Of a stretch of 60,360 bases of DNA, positions 24,171-38,177 are shown piece after piece. The position numbers were made by a program, and so were the translations under genes. The stretch covers positions 1 through 60,360 of the forward strand of contig NW_021829942.1 in the NCBI RefSeq assembly GCF_006345805.1, written 5' to 3'. This DNA comes from Octopus sinensis (lineage: Eukaryota). Each line of letters opens with the position of its first letter. Position 1 is the first letter of the stretch. Under the pieces are notes generated by a model, which searched no databases, was not told where the DNA came from, and was given only the letters and a program-made list of their open reading frames with translations.

Positions 24171-25753
24171 TATATACAGGTCTGTTGAAACAAACAGTGA
24201 AATAATAACCTAAAATATGAGCTTATTCTTTGACTTCACGCACTAGACTGCGGACATGCTGGGGTACCGAGTTATATTTTTAGTCGAACGAATCGACCCC
24301 AATACCATTTTTAGGCCTGTTACTTATTCTATTGAAGTCTTTTGCCGAACCGCTATGCTATGGGAACGTAAACACACTAGCACTGATTGTCATATATATA
24401 TATATATATATATATAAAACTATTTTTATATACATTTTTATGTGTATGGATATATATATATATATATAAACACATCCATTTGCAACATATTCATGTACCT
24501 ACACAAAAACACACGCACATACCCAAAAATATATGTGTGTGTGTACATATATACGTGTATGTATGTATGTATGTATGTATGTATGTATGTATGTATGTAT
24601 GTATGTATGTTTGTATGTATATATGAATGTATGTATCCATGCATGTATGTATATGTATTATGCCGTTGTGGTTGCTATGGTATCTGTAATTGTATATGTC
24701 TTTATCCCTATGAAACCCATCGTTCGGGTTATTTTACCAGTTCGAGAGCTGATGGATTTGTTGCTGTTGATGCTGCTGCTGTTGCTGCTGTTTTTTTTAT
24801 TGCTGTTGTTCTTATTATTTCTCTACTTAACGCAGCAACTGTAATTGTGGCTACCAATACCGTAGTTTTTGTTACACATTTGTTGTAGATGTTGCTGATA
24901 CGTTTCCTTGTTATTTCTGACGGGATTTCTTTTTGTTTTTTGCTTCGTTTTTTTCGTTTATTCTAAGTCGATATTATTTTTGTAAGCGTTAGTTTTACTT
25001 AGTTTTGCTGTACGTGTAACTGTAATACTAGTAGATATTGCCCTTATTACTGCATTGTAATTATAAACCACTGATAACGATGATACAGTTGCTGTTGCTG
25101 TTTTCACAGCTTTTGTTTTTTTTATTGTGCACTATTAGTGTAGCTGCAATTGCATGCGTGATGCTGCCGTTGTTATGGCCATAAATGTTATCGTTGTTGT
25201 TCTTGTTAATGCTGCTGTAGTAGCTATTGTTTGGTTCTTGCTGTTGTCATTCTCGTTGTCGTTGTTGTTGCTGTTACAGTACTCCTTGTTGTTGTTGTTG
25301 TTGTTCTTCTCCTTCTTCTTCTTCATCTTCTTCTTTTTCTTCTTCTTCTTGCAGGTGGTGGTAGTAATTGTACTTCGTGGATATTTCGTTATAGATGTAA
25401 CTGTAATCATATATGCGGCAGCAGCAGTTGTTGTTATTATCGTTGTATTTGTTGCAATCGTTGTTATTGGCGTTGTTGTTGTCGTTGTTGTTGTTGTTAT
25501 AGTCATCAATAATTCTGATTGAGTCTATCTATTTCCACATAACGTATTCTGTTTCCCTTTAAATTAACAATTGTCGCTTATTATTCAGTCTTGCCTCATT
25601 TTCAGAATTCTCCATGTTTTCCCTTTTTCTTTGTGCTGTTCTTATTTTCGCTCCTGTTATTCATATTACAGTTGTCGATTTTTTTTTGTTTTATCATTTT
25701 TTTCCTTCTTTGATTCTTTATATTTTTCACTTTATACTTTATACACTTTATAC

Positions 25754-25784
<31 letters not shown>

Positions 25785-25794
25785 GCTTACCAGT

Positions 25795-25960
25795 ATTCCA
25801 TCAGTTTGTACGTCCTAAGTTCAAATTCTACCAAGGTCAACTTTCTCTTTCATCCCGTCGTGGTCGATGAAATAAGTACGATTTGGACACTAGGGTTAAT
25901 GTAATCGAGTAACCCCTTCCCTCTAAAATTTTAGGCCTTGTACCTAAGAAGGTTTATTAT
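25795..25960 (+). mobile_element. Family B SINE, 3' part
   Basis: AAGTTCAAATTC...CTTTCATCCCGTCGTGGTCGATGAAATAAGTAC...AGGCCTTGTACCTA. Confidence 0.7.
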
Positions 25961-26269
25961 TATTGTTGTTGTTGTTGTTGCTGACGGTGGTGGTAGTGGT
26001 GGTGGTGGTGGTGGTGGTGCTGCTGCTGTTGTTTTTATTAAGGATACCAGCTGACAGAATCGTTAGCACACCGAGCAAATGCTTAGCTAATTTTCTATTT
26101 TGCTCATTTTCTCGCTTTCACCAGTGCATACGAGTGATTTGGGTGGTTTAGAGTCGTTTTGACTTCTATTTCTAGCATGCTGGTACTTTTCCCCAGTACC
26201 CTTCGTTGTAATTATATATTTATATATATAGTTATAGATTTATATAAATATTTGTGTATGTGTGTGAGA

Positions 26270-26525
26270 ATGCGTGATGGGGGGGGGTGTCTTTGCATCT
26301 GTTTGTTCCCCACCATGGCTTGACAATCGGTGTTGGTGCGTTTACGTTCCCGAAACTTAGCGGTTCTGAAAAAGAGACCAATAAAATAAGTACCGGGCTC
26401 AAAACAAATAAATAAATAAATAAATAAAACGCAAGCACTGGGGGTGGTTCATTCGACTAAAAATTCTCCAAGATGATGCCCCAGCATGGCCACAGTCGAA
26501 TGACTGAAACAAATAAAATATAAAA
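26270..26525 (+). mobile_element. Family A SINE, tail half
   Basis: GCTTGACAATCGGTG...CCCCAGCATGGCCACAGTCGAATGACTGAAAC. Confidence 0.8.
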
Positions 26526-26989
26526 GAGAAAAAGTGACTTAATATTTTCCTCTCATATAATCTGTGGACTTAAAATTCATTAAAACAACAATGGCTTTTA
26601 AGCTTAAGAAGTTTGCTTCATAACCATAAGATCCCAGTTTCCATCCTACTCCGTAGCTATAAATTTGTATAGCCATGGGCCGATTCATCCCTTGTGAGCA
26701 AAATTCAAAGTTAAACCGTGAGAAATTTTGAAATCAAAGCGTGGTGAGCTACAACAAAAACCGCAAGACATGCTGTCCCATGTTCAGATATTTTGTTCAA
26801 ATTGGCAGAACTTGAACCTTGTATAATTACAGGTACTTCACATACCTAGCCTGCCGGGCTACAGCAAAAAAAACTCGTCCAGTAGAATTTAAAATAAAAC
26901 CGCAAACAAACAACAATACTTTTAATCCGGCACAGAGCAGTGTATGCACGCCACTGCTTAGAGAAAAGCATGATTCAGTCTTCCTTACA

Positions 26990-27059
26990 TCTTTATCTTA
27001 TATTTATTATTAAACTATCGTTATTATCATTATCATTATCACTATCATTATTATTATTA

Positions 27060-27118
<59 letters not shown>

Positions 27119-27770
27119 ATCATCATCATCATCATCATCATCATCAATCATCATTATTATTATTATTATTATTATTATCATTATTATTATTATATTTATT
27201 ATTATTATTAGTACTTTATTATTATTATTATTATTAATTATTATATTACTATTATTATCATTATTATTATTATTATTATTATTATATAATAATAATAATG
27301 ATAATAATTAATATTATTATTGATGTTGTTGTTGTTGTTGTTTTTGTTTTTGTTGTTATTCATATATATTATTAATGATATTAATTTTTTGTTTTCTTTT
27401 GTGTTGTCCCACCGGGGATACATTTTCGTTTCATCTCCACCGGTACTCGATAAAAATAAGCACCATTTTCCACGCTAGCAATCGATTCCAGCGACAAGAA
27501 TATCTTCTCCCTTATAAAATTTCTGGCCCGTATCCTCAGGTTAGGAATCATCATCATCCACCTTCATCACCGCCTTCATCATCATCATCATTAGCATCAT
27601 CATCATCATCATCATCATCGTCGTCGTCGTCGTCATCATCAGCATCTTTTATATCTCGCCACCTTCACCACCACCATCATCATCATCATCATCATTTCGT
27701 CGGTCTTTATGTTCTTTATATCATCATTATCATCGTCATCGTCATCATCATCATCATCATTATCATCATT

Positions 27771-27809
<39 letters not shown>

Positions 27810-28060
27810 GCCGTCGTCATCATCAGCATCATTACTATCTCGCCACCATCATCACCACCATCATCATCATCATTTCGTCGGTCTTTATGTTCTTTATATC
27901 ATCATTATCATCGTCATCGTCATCATCATCATCATCATTATCATCATTATCATCATCATCCTCATCATCATCATCGTCATCATCATCATCGTCGTCGTCG
28001 TCATCATCAGTATTATTACTATCTCGCCACCTTCACCACCACCACCATCATCATCATCAT
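26990..28060. repeat. (ATT)n and (CAT/CGT)n tracts
   Basis: Visible directly. Confidence 0.9.
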
Positions 28061-28227
28061 TTCGTCCGTCTTTATGTTCTGAGTTCGAATTCCGCCGAGG
28101 TCGACTTTGCTTTTCATCCTTTCGTGGTCGATAAATTAAGTACCAGTTGAGCACAGGGGTCGATATAATCCACTAGCTCCCTCCTTCAAAATGTTAGGCT
28201 TTGTACCTATAGTAGAAAGGATTATTG
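28060..28227 (+). mobile_element. Family B SINE, 5'-truncated
   Basis: GTTCTGAGTTCGAATTCCGCCGAGGTCGACTTTGC...GTAGAAAGGATTATT. Confidence 0.8.
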
Positions 28228-28648
28228 GGATCTTTTCGGTTTGAACGGCAGTTTTTTAAAATAATTTCCACGTAACTAAACACTTTTAAACTTCGTATAC
28301 TGGTAGAATGTGTTTATAAAACATCTTTTTCTCTTAGCTTTATTGAGAAAATTCTATAATTTGTAAGATATTTTTTTCTTCAATTTCTGCAATATCAACC
28401 AATCAATGACGTCTATTGAGGTGTAAACATGCTGTGCTGTATGAATATGTCCCTCGTTTAAGAAACAGATTGGGTTTCTTTACATTTGTGAAGAAAAAAA
28501 GATACCCTTCCTCCCACCCCTAACCCTAACTCTAACCCTAACCCTAAAACAGATTGAAATGCAATAGATCGATTCTAGGGTCATAATTATGGGTGACAAT
28601 TTCATATGACACTGCTAGAAATAACTGCCGTTCAAACCGAAAAGATCC
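28228..28648. mobile_element. MITE with GGATCTTTTCGG TIRs, copy 2
   Basis: Clearly homologous to 925-1350; no clean TSD visible here. Confidence 0.9.
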
Positions 28649-29490
28649 GAGTTAGAAAGTTTACTCCCCGATTAGATGGTTCCATGTTCAGTCTCATTGC
28701 GTGATAACTACATGATATATGTGTGTGTGTATTTATGTGTCTGTGATAATTACTGGGGTCGAATCGATCGACTAAAATTCAAGGCAATCTCTTCTCCTCA
28801 TATTGTCCCGTCCTGCTGGGGGGGGAGCACATACGCTATAGAAACCGGGAAACCGGGCCCATGAGCCTGGCTAGGCTTGAAAAGGACGCATATATATATA
28901 TACTACTCAATGCATCTGACTATATATATATATACTACTCAATACGTCTGACTAATATAGGCACAATGAGATACCTTTATCTACAGGCTGAAACAGCTGT
29001 AAGATCCATTTTATATGTAATATTTTTATGGTATTATCTTACTTATTGATGTATATTATTTTATTCTGTTTTATTCTGTTGGATTTGGATGTTCCTATTT
29101 AATTAGTTGATGATTGTAAGTTGATGATTGAAAGGAATCTATTCCTCCATTTTCTTATTTGTATTATGATTTTGAGGTAAAACATTTTACCTTCGCCCAT
29201 CTAATACAACAAATGAACTAATTGCATTGCAATTGTAAGCATTTATGTATTAGCCTTTTGGGTACTTCACTGGCAGTATATTGGATAACTGATATCCCAT
29301 AGTATGTTACACTCATAACCCATATAAGTACTTTGTACTTATATATATATATATATATATATATTTCACAGCTCTAACTTATAAAGTATTATTATCTTTT
29401 CGGATATATGATCCACTGACTCTGTGTGTTTGTGTGTGTTCGTGTACGTATGTATGTATGCATGTATGTGTGTATATGTATATATATATA

Positions 29491-29525
<35 letters not shown>

Positions 29526-30416
29526 GCCTGTATAAAATGAACTCCACAGAAAAGTCACAAATGCGCTGGCATCAACGTTACTAACAACACAAACCAAACT
29601 TCATCGAGTTCAAAGAGGTATGTGTGTGTGTACATGTGTATGCGCGTGTCTGTATACGTGTGTGTATATGCGTGTGTGTGCGCTTGTATGTGTTTGTGTA
29701 TGTGTGTGTGTGTTTATGTGTGTCGATGTGTACGTGTGTGCATACAGACGCATACACTGATATATGTCTGTCTGTTTTGTGTGTATATTTGGAAATGTAT
29801 AATGCGAACTTGAACCAACTACCATTTATGGTAAAATTCGATAATTGAATAAGCGTCCATTTATTGCTGCGGTCATTTAAAAGAAAGAGCGGCTTTGTAA
29901 GACGAGAGCCTGCGTTCTGAATTGAATAGAATGCTTCGAATAATTACGTACGTATATTATTATCTATACCGGACAAGCGTTGATAGGATGCCCAAGATTT
30001 AAATAGACGATAAGCTTAAGAAACCATACGAACGGTAATGTTTCAGCCGATATACAAATAATTGAATGAATCTTTCAAACACTTGATGCTGTACATATAC
30101 TGAAGTATTAGAAATAATGTTTGAAATTCTAATTGAAAGGGCAAATTATGAAAAGTCAATGACACGCTTTTAATATGAATGGGTACGCCATGAAATATAA
30201 CAAATATTCTACGGGTGTACATAAGAGTATCAAATTAAATTTGACACTTATGTAAAATGATGGAGTATATAATGCATACATACAATGCCAGCTCTGCTTT
30301 ACCATTATTATCATCCAGACTATTTATCTCTTCGTGAAAGCGTATATTTATGATATTTATATTTATACTACGTAGCCAGAAGTTTCATCTGCTATTATCT
30401 AATTCTGTTAAGTATG

Positions 30417-30466
<50 letters not shown>

Positions 30467-30468
30467 TA

Positions 30469-30548
<80 letters not shown>

Positions 30549-30608
30549 TATATAGATATATATACATATATATACTATATTATATATATATATAATAATA
30601 AATAATTA

Positions 30609-30653
<45 letters not shown>

Positions 30654-30683
30654 CATATATATACATAATATATTATATATATT

Positions 30684-30718
<35 letters not shown>

Positions 30719-30740
30719 GTATATATATATATGTATATAG

Positions 30741-30774
<34 letters not shown>

Positions 30775-30941
30775 ATATATATATATATTCATATATATAT
30801 ATATATATAGAGAGAAGAGAGAGACAGACAGACAGAGATATACAGACAGAGACAGAGAGACAAAGAATATATATATAGGGTAGCGAAATTAGAGAAATTT
30901 TCTGTCAGTGGACAACATATTTTTCATATAAAATTAGTGTG

Positions 30942-31156
30942 CATTCATACACAAAAGAGGTGACCCTAAACAGGATGCCTTACATGCTAAAAGGAACAGT
31001 CAAAGTCCAAACTACGGTTAAGAGTAATTTCGAAGGGGTTGTTTTTATTTTTCTCATCACCTTCGAAATGTACTCTTAACCGTGGTTTGGACTTTGACGC
31101 GTTCCTTTTAGCATGTAAGGCGTCCTGTTTAGGGTCACCTCTTTTGTGTATGAATG
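30942..31156. mobile_element. Fold-back (palindromic) MITE-like element
   Basis: ~95-bp arms (30942-31036 and 31060-31156) with about 5 differences, 23-nt loop. Confidence 0.8.
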
Positions 31157-31166
31157 TACACAATTT

Positions 31167-31200
<34 letters not shown>

Positions 31201-31228
31201 ATATACATATATATATATATATAATATG

Positions 31229-31282
<54 letters not shown>

Positions 31283-31288
<6 letters not shown>

Positions 31289-31470
31289 ATAATTGGTTTC
31301 AAATTTTGGCACAAGGGCACCAATTTTGGCGTAGGCTCTAAGTCGATTGCACCGACCCCAGAGCTCAACTGGGACTTAATGTGTCGACATCGAAGGGATG
31401 AAAAACAAGGTTGGCCTCTGCGGAATTTGAACTCAGAACGTAGCGACAGACGAAATATTGCTGTATTTCT
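31283..31470 (-). mobile_element. Family B SINE
   Basis: GGATGAAAAACAAGGTTGGCCTCTGCGGAATTTGAACTCAGAACG is the reverse complement of the family B body. Confidence 0.7.
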
Positions 31471-32197
31471 TGACGATATATACAAGCGGCATGTGACCGG
31501 AAACCACATGTGAAAGGCGTCGAAGATGATGATGATGATGATGATGATCTTGACGATGATGATAATGATGACGTTGTTGATGATGATGACGACGACTATT
31601 ATGATGCTTCTGATCATTATAATGTTTTTCGCACACTTATTTATTTATCCTAATGTCGCCGAGATGTAAACCACGTTTTCTACCGTTAAATTACCGTGTT
31701 CAATCAATTCGACGTTGTTTCTTCTTCATCCGGTGGAAACAGGAGAGCGCACGGGCGGACTGGAGGGCACCGTTCACTTATTGTAGTTGTTTTTGTTGAT
31801 GTTGCTGGAGGTTTTGGTGTTGTCGGTGGTGATGATGCTGGTGTTGGCGGCGGCGGTGGTGTGGGTGATAGTGTAAATGATGGGGAGGTGGGGAGGTATT
31901 AATGTCGACATTAGCAATGGTGGTGATGTTGGCGTCGGTGGCGTTAGGACTCGTACTGGATATGTTGGCGGTGGTGGTAGTGTTTTGTTTCGCCCCAACT
32001 CAGCCAATTTGGTGGTGGTGAATGTTTGGTCAACGGAAATCCAGCCATGGCTATTCCAACTGTTTATCACATTCGTTTTCAAACTGAAGAACATTATTTG
32101 TGGCTTCTATTTCTAGTAGACAACCTTACTCAATGACAGATGGAGGTGTTGGTGATGGTGGCGGTAGTGACGGTGTTGCTGTTGTTGTTAGTGGTGG

Positions 32198-32228
<31 letters not shown>

Positions 32229-32267
32229 GCTGCTGGTGCTGCTGCTGCTGCTTATTTGTTTGTTTGT

Positions 32268-32650
32268 TGAGCGAAGCGGCCTTCGTCCCAGAGCTCACAA
32301 GATCGCACCTCTGTAGTGGAAGAAGTCCGAAACGTGGTCCTTTGCTATTCGTAAGACCCGCAGAAGAGAAAGCAGGTCAACCCCCGACACCGAGAGCATC
32401 AACAGATGGATGAATGCGCATCCAGGCTCAGCAGTTGCGTAGGAAGTCGGGGACAAGAAGCAGGAAGCAAAAGTGAGAGAAAGTTGGGGCGAAAGAGTAC
32501 AACAGGTGTCGCCACCACCCCCTGCTGGAGCATCGTGGAGCTTTAAGTGTTTTCACTCAATAAACACACACAACGCCTGGTCTGGGAATCGAAACCGCGA
32601 TCCTCCGACCGCGAGTCCGCTGCCCTAACCATTGGGCCATTGCACCTCCA
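32268..32650 (-). mobile_element. tRNA-headed SINE, family C, tail type 1
   Basis: Head GGAGGTGCAATGGCCCAATGGTTAGGGCAGCGGACTCGCGG, B-box GGTTTCGATTCCC; same tail as 52897-53273. Confidence 0.88.
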
Positions 32651-33177
32651 CTGCTGTTGTTGTTAGTGGTGGTGGTGGTGCTGTGAGTGCTGGTGATTTT
32701 TACGGTGCCACGATGGTCACGGTGTTGTTGGTGATAGTACAGATGGTTGCGTATGTCATGTATTTCATGAAAAATGGTGGCTGCTATAGAAGCGATTGTA
32801 TAATGGTTTACAATGGCAAGAGTAACGACTGTAGTGGGTGGGGGCGGTCAAGATATAAGCTGTAAGTGGTGATGTAGTAATAATGGTATAGGCAGTAGTA
32901 GTTGTTGTCATTGATGATGTTGTCGATGGTGGAGCTGGTGATAATGGTGGTGGCGGCGGCGGCGGCGGCGGCGGCAGTAGTGGTGATGGTGGTGGTGGTG
33001 GTGGTGGTGGTGGTGGTGATGGTGGTGTTTGTAGAAACAGTAGCTAAGAGAAAATGAAAGCTAATAACAACAAAAATATATATGTATGGAAACCAACAAC
33101 AAATATAATGTTACAAAAAGTGTCATAAAAATATAAGAAAAAATAAAATTATAAGAACATCAATAATAATAATAATA

Positions 33178-33232
<55 letters not shown>

Positions 33233-33245
33233 TAGCAGGGGCAGG

Positions 33246-33295
<50 letters not shown>

Positions 33296-33501
33296 GGATG
33301 ACGGTGGTGGTGGTGGTGACGGTGGTGGTGGTGGTGGTGGTGACGGTGGAAGTGGTCATTGTGGGGTTGGTGATGGTGGCGGTGGTTGCAGTAGTAATAG
33401 TAGCGGCGGTAGTATTAGTAGTAGTACTACTACCACTACTTCTATTAGTAGTGTTATAGTAATAACATTAACATTACTACTACTAATACTACTACTACTA
33501 C

Positions 33502-33537
<36 letters not shown>

Positions 33538-34339
33538 TAATAATAATAATAATGATAACAACAACAACAATAATAATAATAATAATCTAAAGTAGAACAA
33601 AAGCCAAAAAGTCAAAACAATAAAGATAACAATATGTCTATCTTACTAAAACATAAACAAAATAAAAACAAAAAGAAACAAACATTTTTAAAATATCTAA
33701 AATAGACAAAAAAAAAATTGCCCAAATATTGAACACACAATGATTTCTCCACTTCCAATCCCTCTATCCACCGCCCAACACAGATCTATCCCTTTACTTC
33801 TCTGGCCTCTGTCTGTTCGTCCTGTTTAGCAAGCTAATAATTTATTCATAGATTTACACCGGCTGATTGGTACAATAGGGAGGGAAGGGTCGGCTGGGTG
33901 GCTGACTGGCTGGGTGGCTGGGAGGCTTGTTGGTTGGTTGGTTGGTTGGATGGCCAGGTGGATGAATGAATGGGTAGATGGGCGGGTGGATGGGGGAATG
34001 GCTGGATGGAGGGCTGGTTTCAATGGTGATAGTGTGTGCAGCGAGGTAACAGCATAAACACACCGCAGCGCATACGTATTTAATGAAATGTGTGCTTGCC
34101 TATGTAGTTTGCGCATGTGCATGTGTATATACATGTTTGTGTGTGTATATGTGTGTATGTGTGTGTGTGTGTGTGCGCACGGAGGCCGTATGTGTGTCGT
34201 GCCTGTATGTATGGGCTTGTGTATGTTAAACAGTGGTCGTCATAGAATCAAACACACAAACACAAACACACATGCACACATATATAGTTATACGTTAATA
34301 CAATAATGATAGTGAGTGGATAAAAATTTATATGTCTAT

Positions 34340-35288
34340 GTGTTAAGGCTACCGTTGGTAGCCTTAGAGAAATCCCTTAACAATTATCAAGTCTTTAACA
34401 TGAAAATTCGATGTCTGTCCCCATATTTGATCGATGAAAGATAATACGGAGCATCCACGTGGTAGGCTTGATAATTGTTAAGGCATTTCTCTTGACATGA
34501 AACCAACGGTAGCTACAACCCATAAATAGAGTGTATAATACCGAGTTTCCACGCTGTAGGCTTGATAATTGTTAAGGAATTTCTCTTGACATGAAACCAA
34601 CGGTAGCTACAACCCATAAATAAAGTGTCTAATTCCGAGTTTCCACGTGGTAGGCTTGATAATTGTTAAGGAATTTCTCTTGACATGAAACCAACGGTAG
34701 CTACAACCCATAAATGAAGTGTATAATACCGAGCTTCCACGTGGTAGGCTTGATAATTGTTAAGGAATTTCTCTTGACATGAAACCAACGGTAGCTACAA
34801 CCCATAAATAGAGTGTATAATACCGAGCTTCCACGTGGTAGGCTTGATAATTGCTAAGGAATTTCTCTTGACATGAAACCAACGGTAGCTACAACCCATA
34901 AATAGAGTGTATAATACCGAGCTTCCATGTGGTAGGCTTGATAATTGCTAAGGAATTTCTCTTGACATGAAACCAACGGTAGCTACAACACATAAATGAA
35001 GTGTATAATACCGAGCTTCCACGTGGTAGGCTTGATAATTGTTAAGGAATTTCTCTTGACATGAAACCAACGGTCGCTACAACCCATAAATAGAGTGTAT
35101 AATACCGAGCTTCCACGTGATAGGCTTGATAATTGTTAAGGAATTTCTCTTGACATGAAACCAACGGTAGCTACAACACATAAATAAAGTGTCTAATACC
35201 GAGTTTCCACGTGGTAGGCTTGATAATTGTTAAGGAATTTCTCTTGACATGAAAACAACGGTAGCTACAACCCATAAATAAAGTGCAT
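34340..35288. repeat. 94-bp tandem array (9 units, 34441-35288) with an inverted partial unit at 34340-34394
   Basis: TGACATGAAA recurs at 34681 and 34775 (period 94); left block is the reverse complement of CTTGATAATTGTTAAGG...ACCAACGGTAGC. Confidence 0.92.
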
Positions 35289-35386
35289 ATATGTACATCC
35301 ACTGTAACAATGACGTCGCCACAGATCCGAATCATTTACATCAGATGACAGATGTTCAACTAAGAAAATCCATATAACTTTATCAC

Positions 35387-35749
35387 TATGCGTACATGGT
35401 GATCTTATATCAAGATTAACAGCGCATGACCTTGCAAGTGGGGCCCAGCTGGAATTTTCTTCAGGTTGAGTAGCCCATCCATCAAAAGATCCCTGAATAA
35501 GGGTTGTTTAAGGATGTTGAACGAAACACCTATGTTTCCAAAGGTGAATCATCCAAACTCCAAAGAATTCCTCTCAACACATGACTATGATGCTCCTCCA
35601 CTACTTCTGCTTGTGATCAAAGATGCACCTATGTTCAGCCAGTAAAGGACATGATCAACTGGTTAAGGTCAAACATCTGACAAGCACATCTGTGGTATTA
35701 AGCAGAATATTTGCTGTAGCCCATCTTTTTTACCAAGATAAAACAATGC
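35387..35749 (-). mobile_element. (TAA)n-associated ~550-bp element, truncated copy
   Basis: Homologous to ~15470-15835. Confidence 0.8.
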
Positions 35750-35765
35750 ATTGTTATCATTACTA

Positions 35766-35906
35766 TTAGGTTGTCCCAAAAGTTCGTAAACACTTGCGAA
35801 AATTGAATTTTTACTCGCCAAGTACTAACAAAAACAACAAAAATTATTCCTCAAAATAAAGACCATTATTTTCCAAGACTTTCTACGAACTTTTGGGACA
35901 ACCTTA
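35766..35906. mobile_element. Mariner-type MITE
   Basis: TA|TTAGGTTGTCCCAAAAGTTCGTA ... TACGAACTTTTGGGACAACCTTA|TA. Confidence 0.85.
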
Positions 35907-35909
35907 TAT

Positions 35910-36040
35910 TATTATTCTATGTTTGACTTTTGCTTTACACTTGTACAAGTTGGCTCCAAGTCTCACCCAGCGACCTCAAGAGACAACACGTTGGAAGTTC
36001 ATATTGGTGTTATGTCTAGGGTATCATATATATGGTTTTG
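35910..36040 (-). mobile_element. Possible 3' end of an R4/Dong-like retrotransposon
   Basis: Minus strand ...GAGGTCGCTGGGTGAGACTTGGAG...GTCAAACATAG then (AAT)n; resemblance recalled, not verified. Confidence 0.4.
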
Positions 36041-36079
36041 TACTTAGTGTTGTACTAGTGAATGTTTAAGAAACCATAA

Positions 36080-36102
36080 AAATATTATTATTATTATTAT
36101 TA

Positions 36103-36157
<55 letters not shown>

Positions 36158-36185
36158 ATTATTATTATTATCATTATTATTATTA

Positions 36186-36260
<75 letters not shown>

Positions 36261-36354
36261 ATCATTATTATTATTATCATTATTATTATTATATATTATT
36301 ATATTATTATCATTATTATTATTATCATTATTATTATTATCATTATAATTATTA

Positions 36355-36402
<48 letters not shown>

Positions 36403-36728
36403 GTAAGCAATAATGTTAAAGTATTTACCCCGTCATCATCACAACCTCAGCCAAACCCACGCCAAATATCACCGAATTAAGATTCATAAGAAAAAATATT
36501 GAAAACAAAAACATGTGAAACGATTTACAGTTCTACGGTTTTGTTTTTTTTTTGTTTTTTTTGCTTTTCATTTTGTTTTTGTTTTATCGGTCAGCTTGAA
36601 GAGATTGGGAAAGACAAAAGGAGATGAAATATGATGAACGATTAAAGATGAAAGAGGAAAGGTGAAAAATGGAATGATAGACAGAAGACACTTAATAGGA
36701 AATTGCGCTCTTCCTACAAACAATTATT

Positions 36729-36769
<41 letters not shown>

Positions 36770-37049
36770 CCTTCTTCTTCTCCTTCTCCTTCTCCTTCTT
36801 CTTCGTTGTCGTCTTCTTCTTCTTCTTCTTCTTCTTCTTCTTCTTCGTTGTCTTCTTCTTCTTCTTCTTCTTCGTTGTCTTCGTCGTCTTCTTCTTCTTC
36901 TTCTTCTTCTTCTTCTTCTTCTTCTTCTTCTTCTTCTTCTAATACAACAGCTAATCATATTAATTTATATTATTATTATTATGATTATTATTATTGAGTG
37001 AGAGAGCAGTTCATGCCATCAAAGTCGATTATATTATTATTATTTATTA

Positions 37050-37097
<48 letters not shown>

Positions 37098-37273
37098 TGT
37101 AGTGATGGCGATGGTGGTGATGGAAGCGGTGGTGGTGGTAGGGCTGGTGCTGGTGATGGTGCTGACGGCGGCGGCGGCGGTGGTGGTGATGGTATAGCTC
37201 TTGGTTATTCATACTTAAGTAGACTTCTTTTTAATGTATTTTAAATTTTCAGTTTATTTTATTACTATTTCAC

Positions 37274-37344
<71 letters not shown>

Positions 37345-37567
37345 CCACCATCATCATCATCACCACCATCATCATCATCATCACCATCATCATCCTCATC
37401 ATCATCACCTCATCATCATCATCAACACCATCATCATTATCATCACCATCATCATCATCATCATCCTCATCATCATCACCATCAACATCATCATCACCAT
37501 CACCATCATCATCATCGCCATCATCACCACCACCACCACCATCATCATCATCACCACCACCACCACC

Positions 37568-37601
<34 letters not shown>

Positions 37602-37702
37602 TCATCATCGTTGTTGTTTCTGATGTTATTTATTGCAGTTATTTTTATCATATTGTTTCTATTATTAGTTTCTGTTCTTGTAACTGTTATCATCATCATC
37701 TA

Positions 37703-37749
<47 letters not shown>

Positions 37750-37778
37750 TGTTATTATTATTATCATTATTATTATTA

Positions 37779-37815
<37 letters not shown>

Positions 37816-37859
37816 CATTATTATTATTATTATCATCATTATTATTATTATTATTATTA

Positions 37860-37890
<31 letters not shown>

Positions 37891-38003
37891 CATTATTATT
37901 ATTATTATTATTATTTCATATTATTGTTATTATTATTATATTATCATTATTATTATTATTATTATCATTATTATTATTATTATTATCATTATTATTATTA
38001 TCA

Positions 38004-38037
<34 letters not shown>

Positions 38038-38121
38038 CATCATTATTATTATTATTATCATTATTATTATCATTATATTATATCATTATTATTATTATTA
38101 TTATTATCATTATTATTATTA

Positions 38122-38175
<54 letters not shown>
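36080..38175. repeat. (ATT)n, (CTT)n and (CAT/CAC)n tracts
   Basis: Visible directly. Confidence 0.92.

Positions 38176-38177
<2 letters not shown>

Noticed and set aside
29050-29340. Possible RT fragment on the minus strand (MEE*IPF)
   Set aside because: Single weak motif with multiple stops; not supportable
29822-29831. Perfect CArG box CCATTTATGG
   Set aside because: Isolated and expected by chance in 60 kb of AT-rich DNA
32040-32094. FFSLKTNVINSWNS resembling the CR1/L2 C-terminal motif
   Set aside because: Too short, with no adjacent LINE sequence to support it
32310-32345. Hammerhead-like GGA-AGAAG-TCC-GAAAC-GTG-GTC in family C tail 1
   Set aside because: No CUGANGA core, no stem I pairing, not conserved in the 52897 copy
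34441-35288. CRISPR-like appearance of the regular array
   Set aside because: The whole 94-bp unit repeats with only point variants; no unique spacers, no cas genes, eukaryotic context
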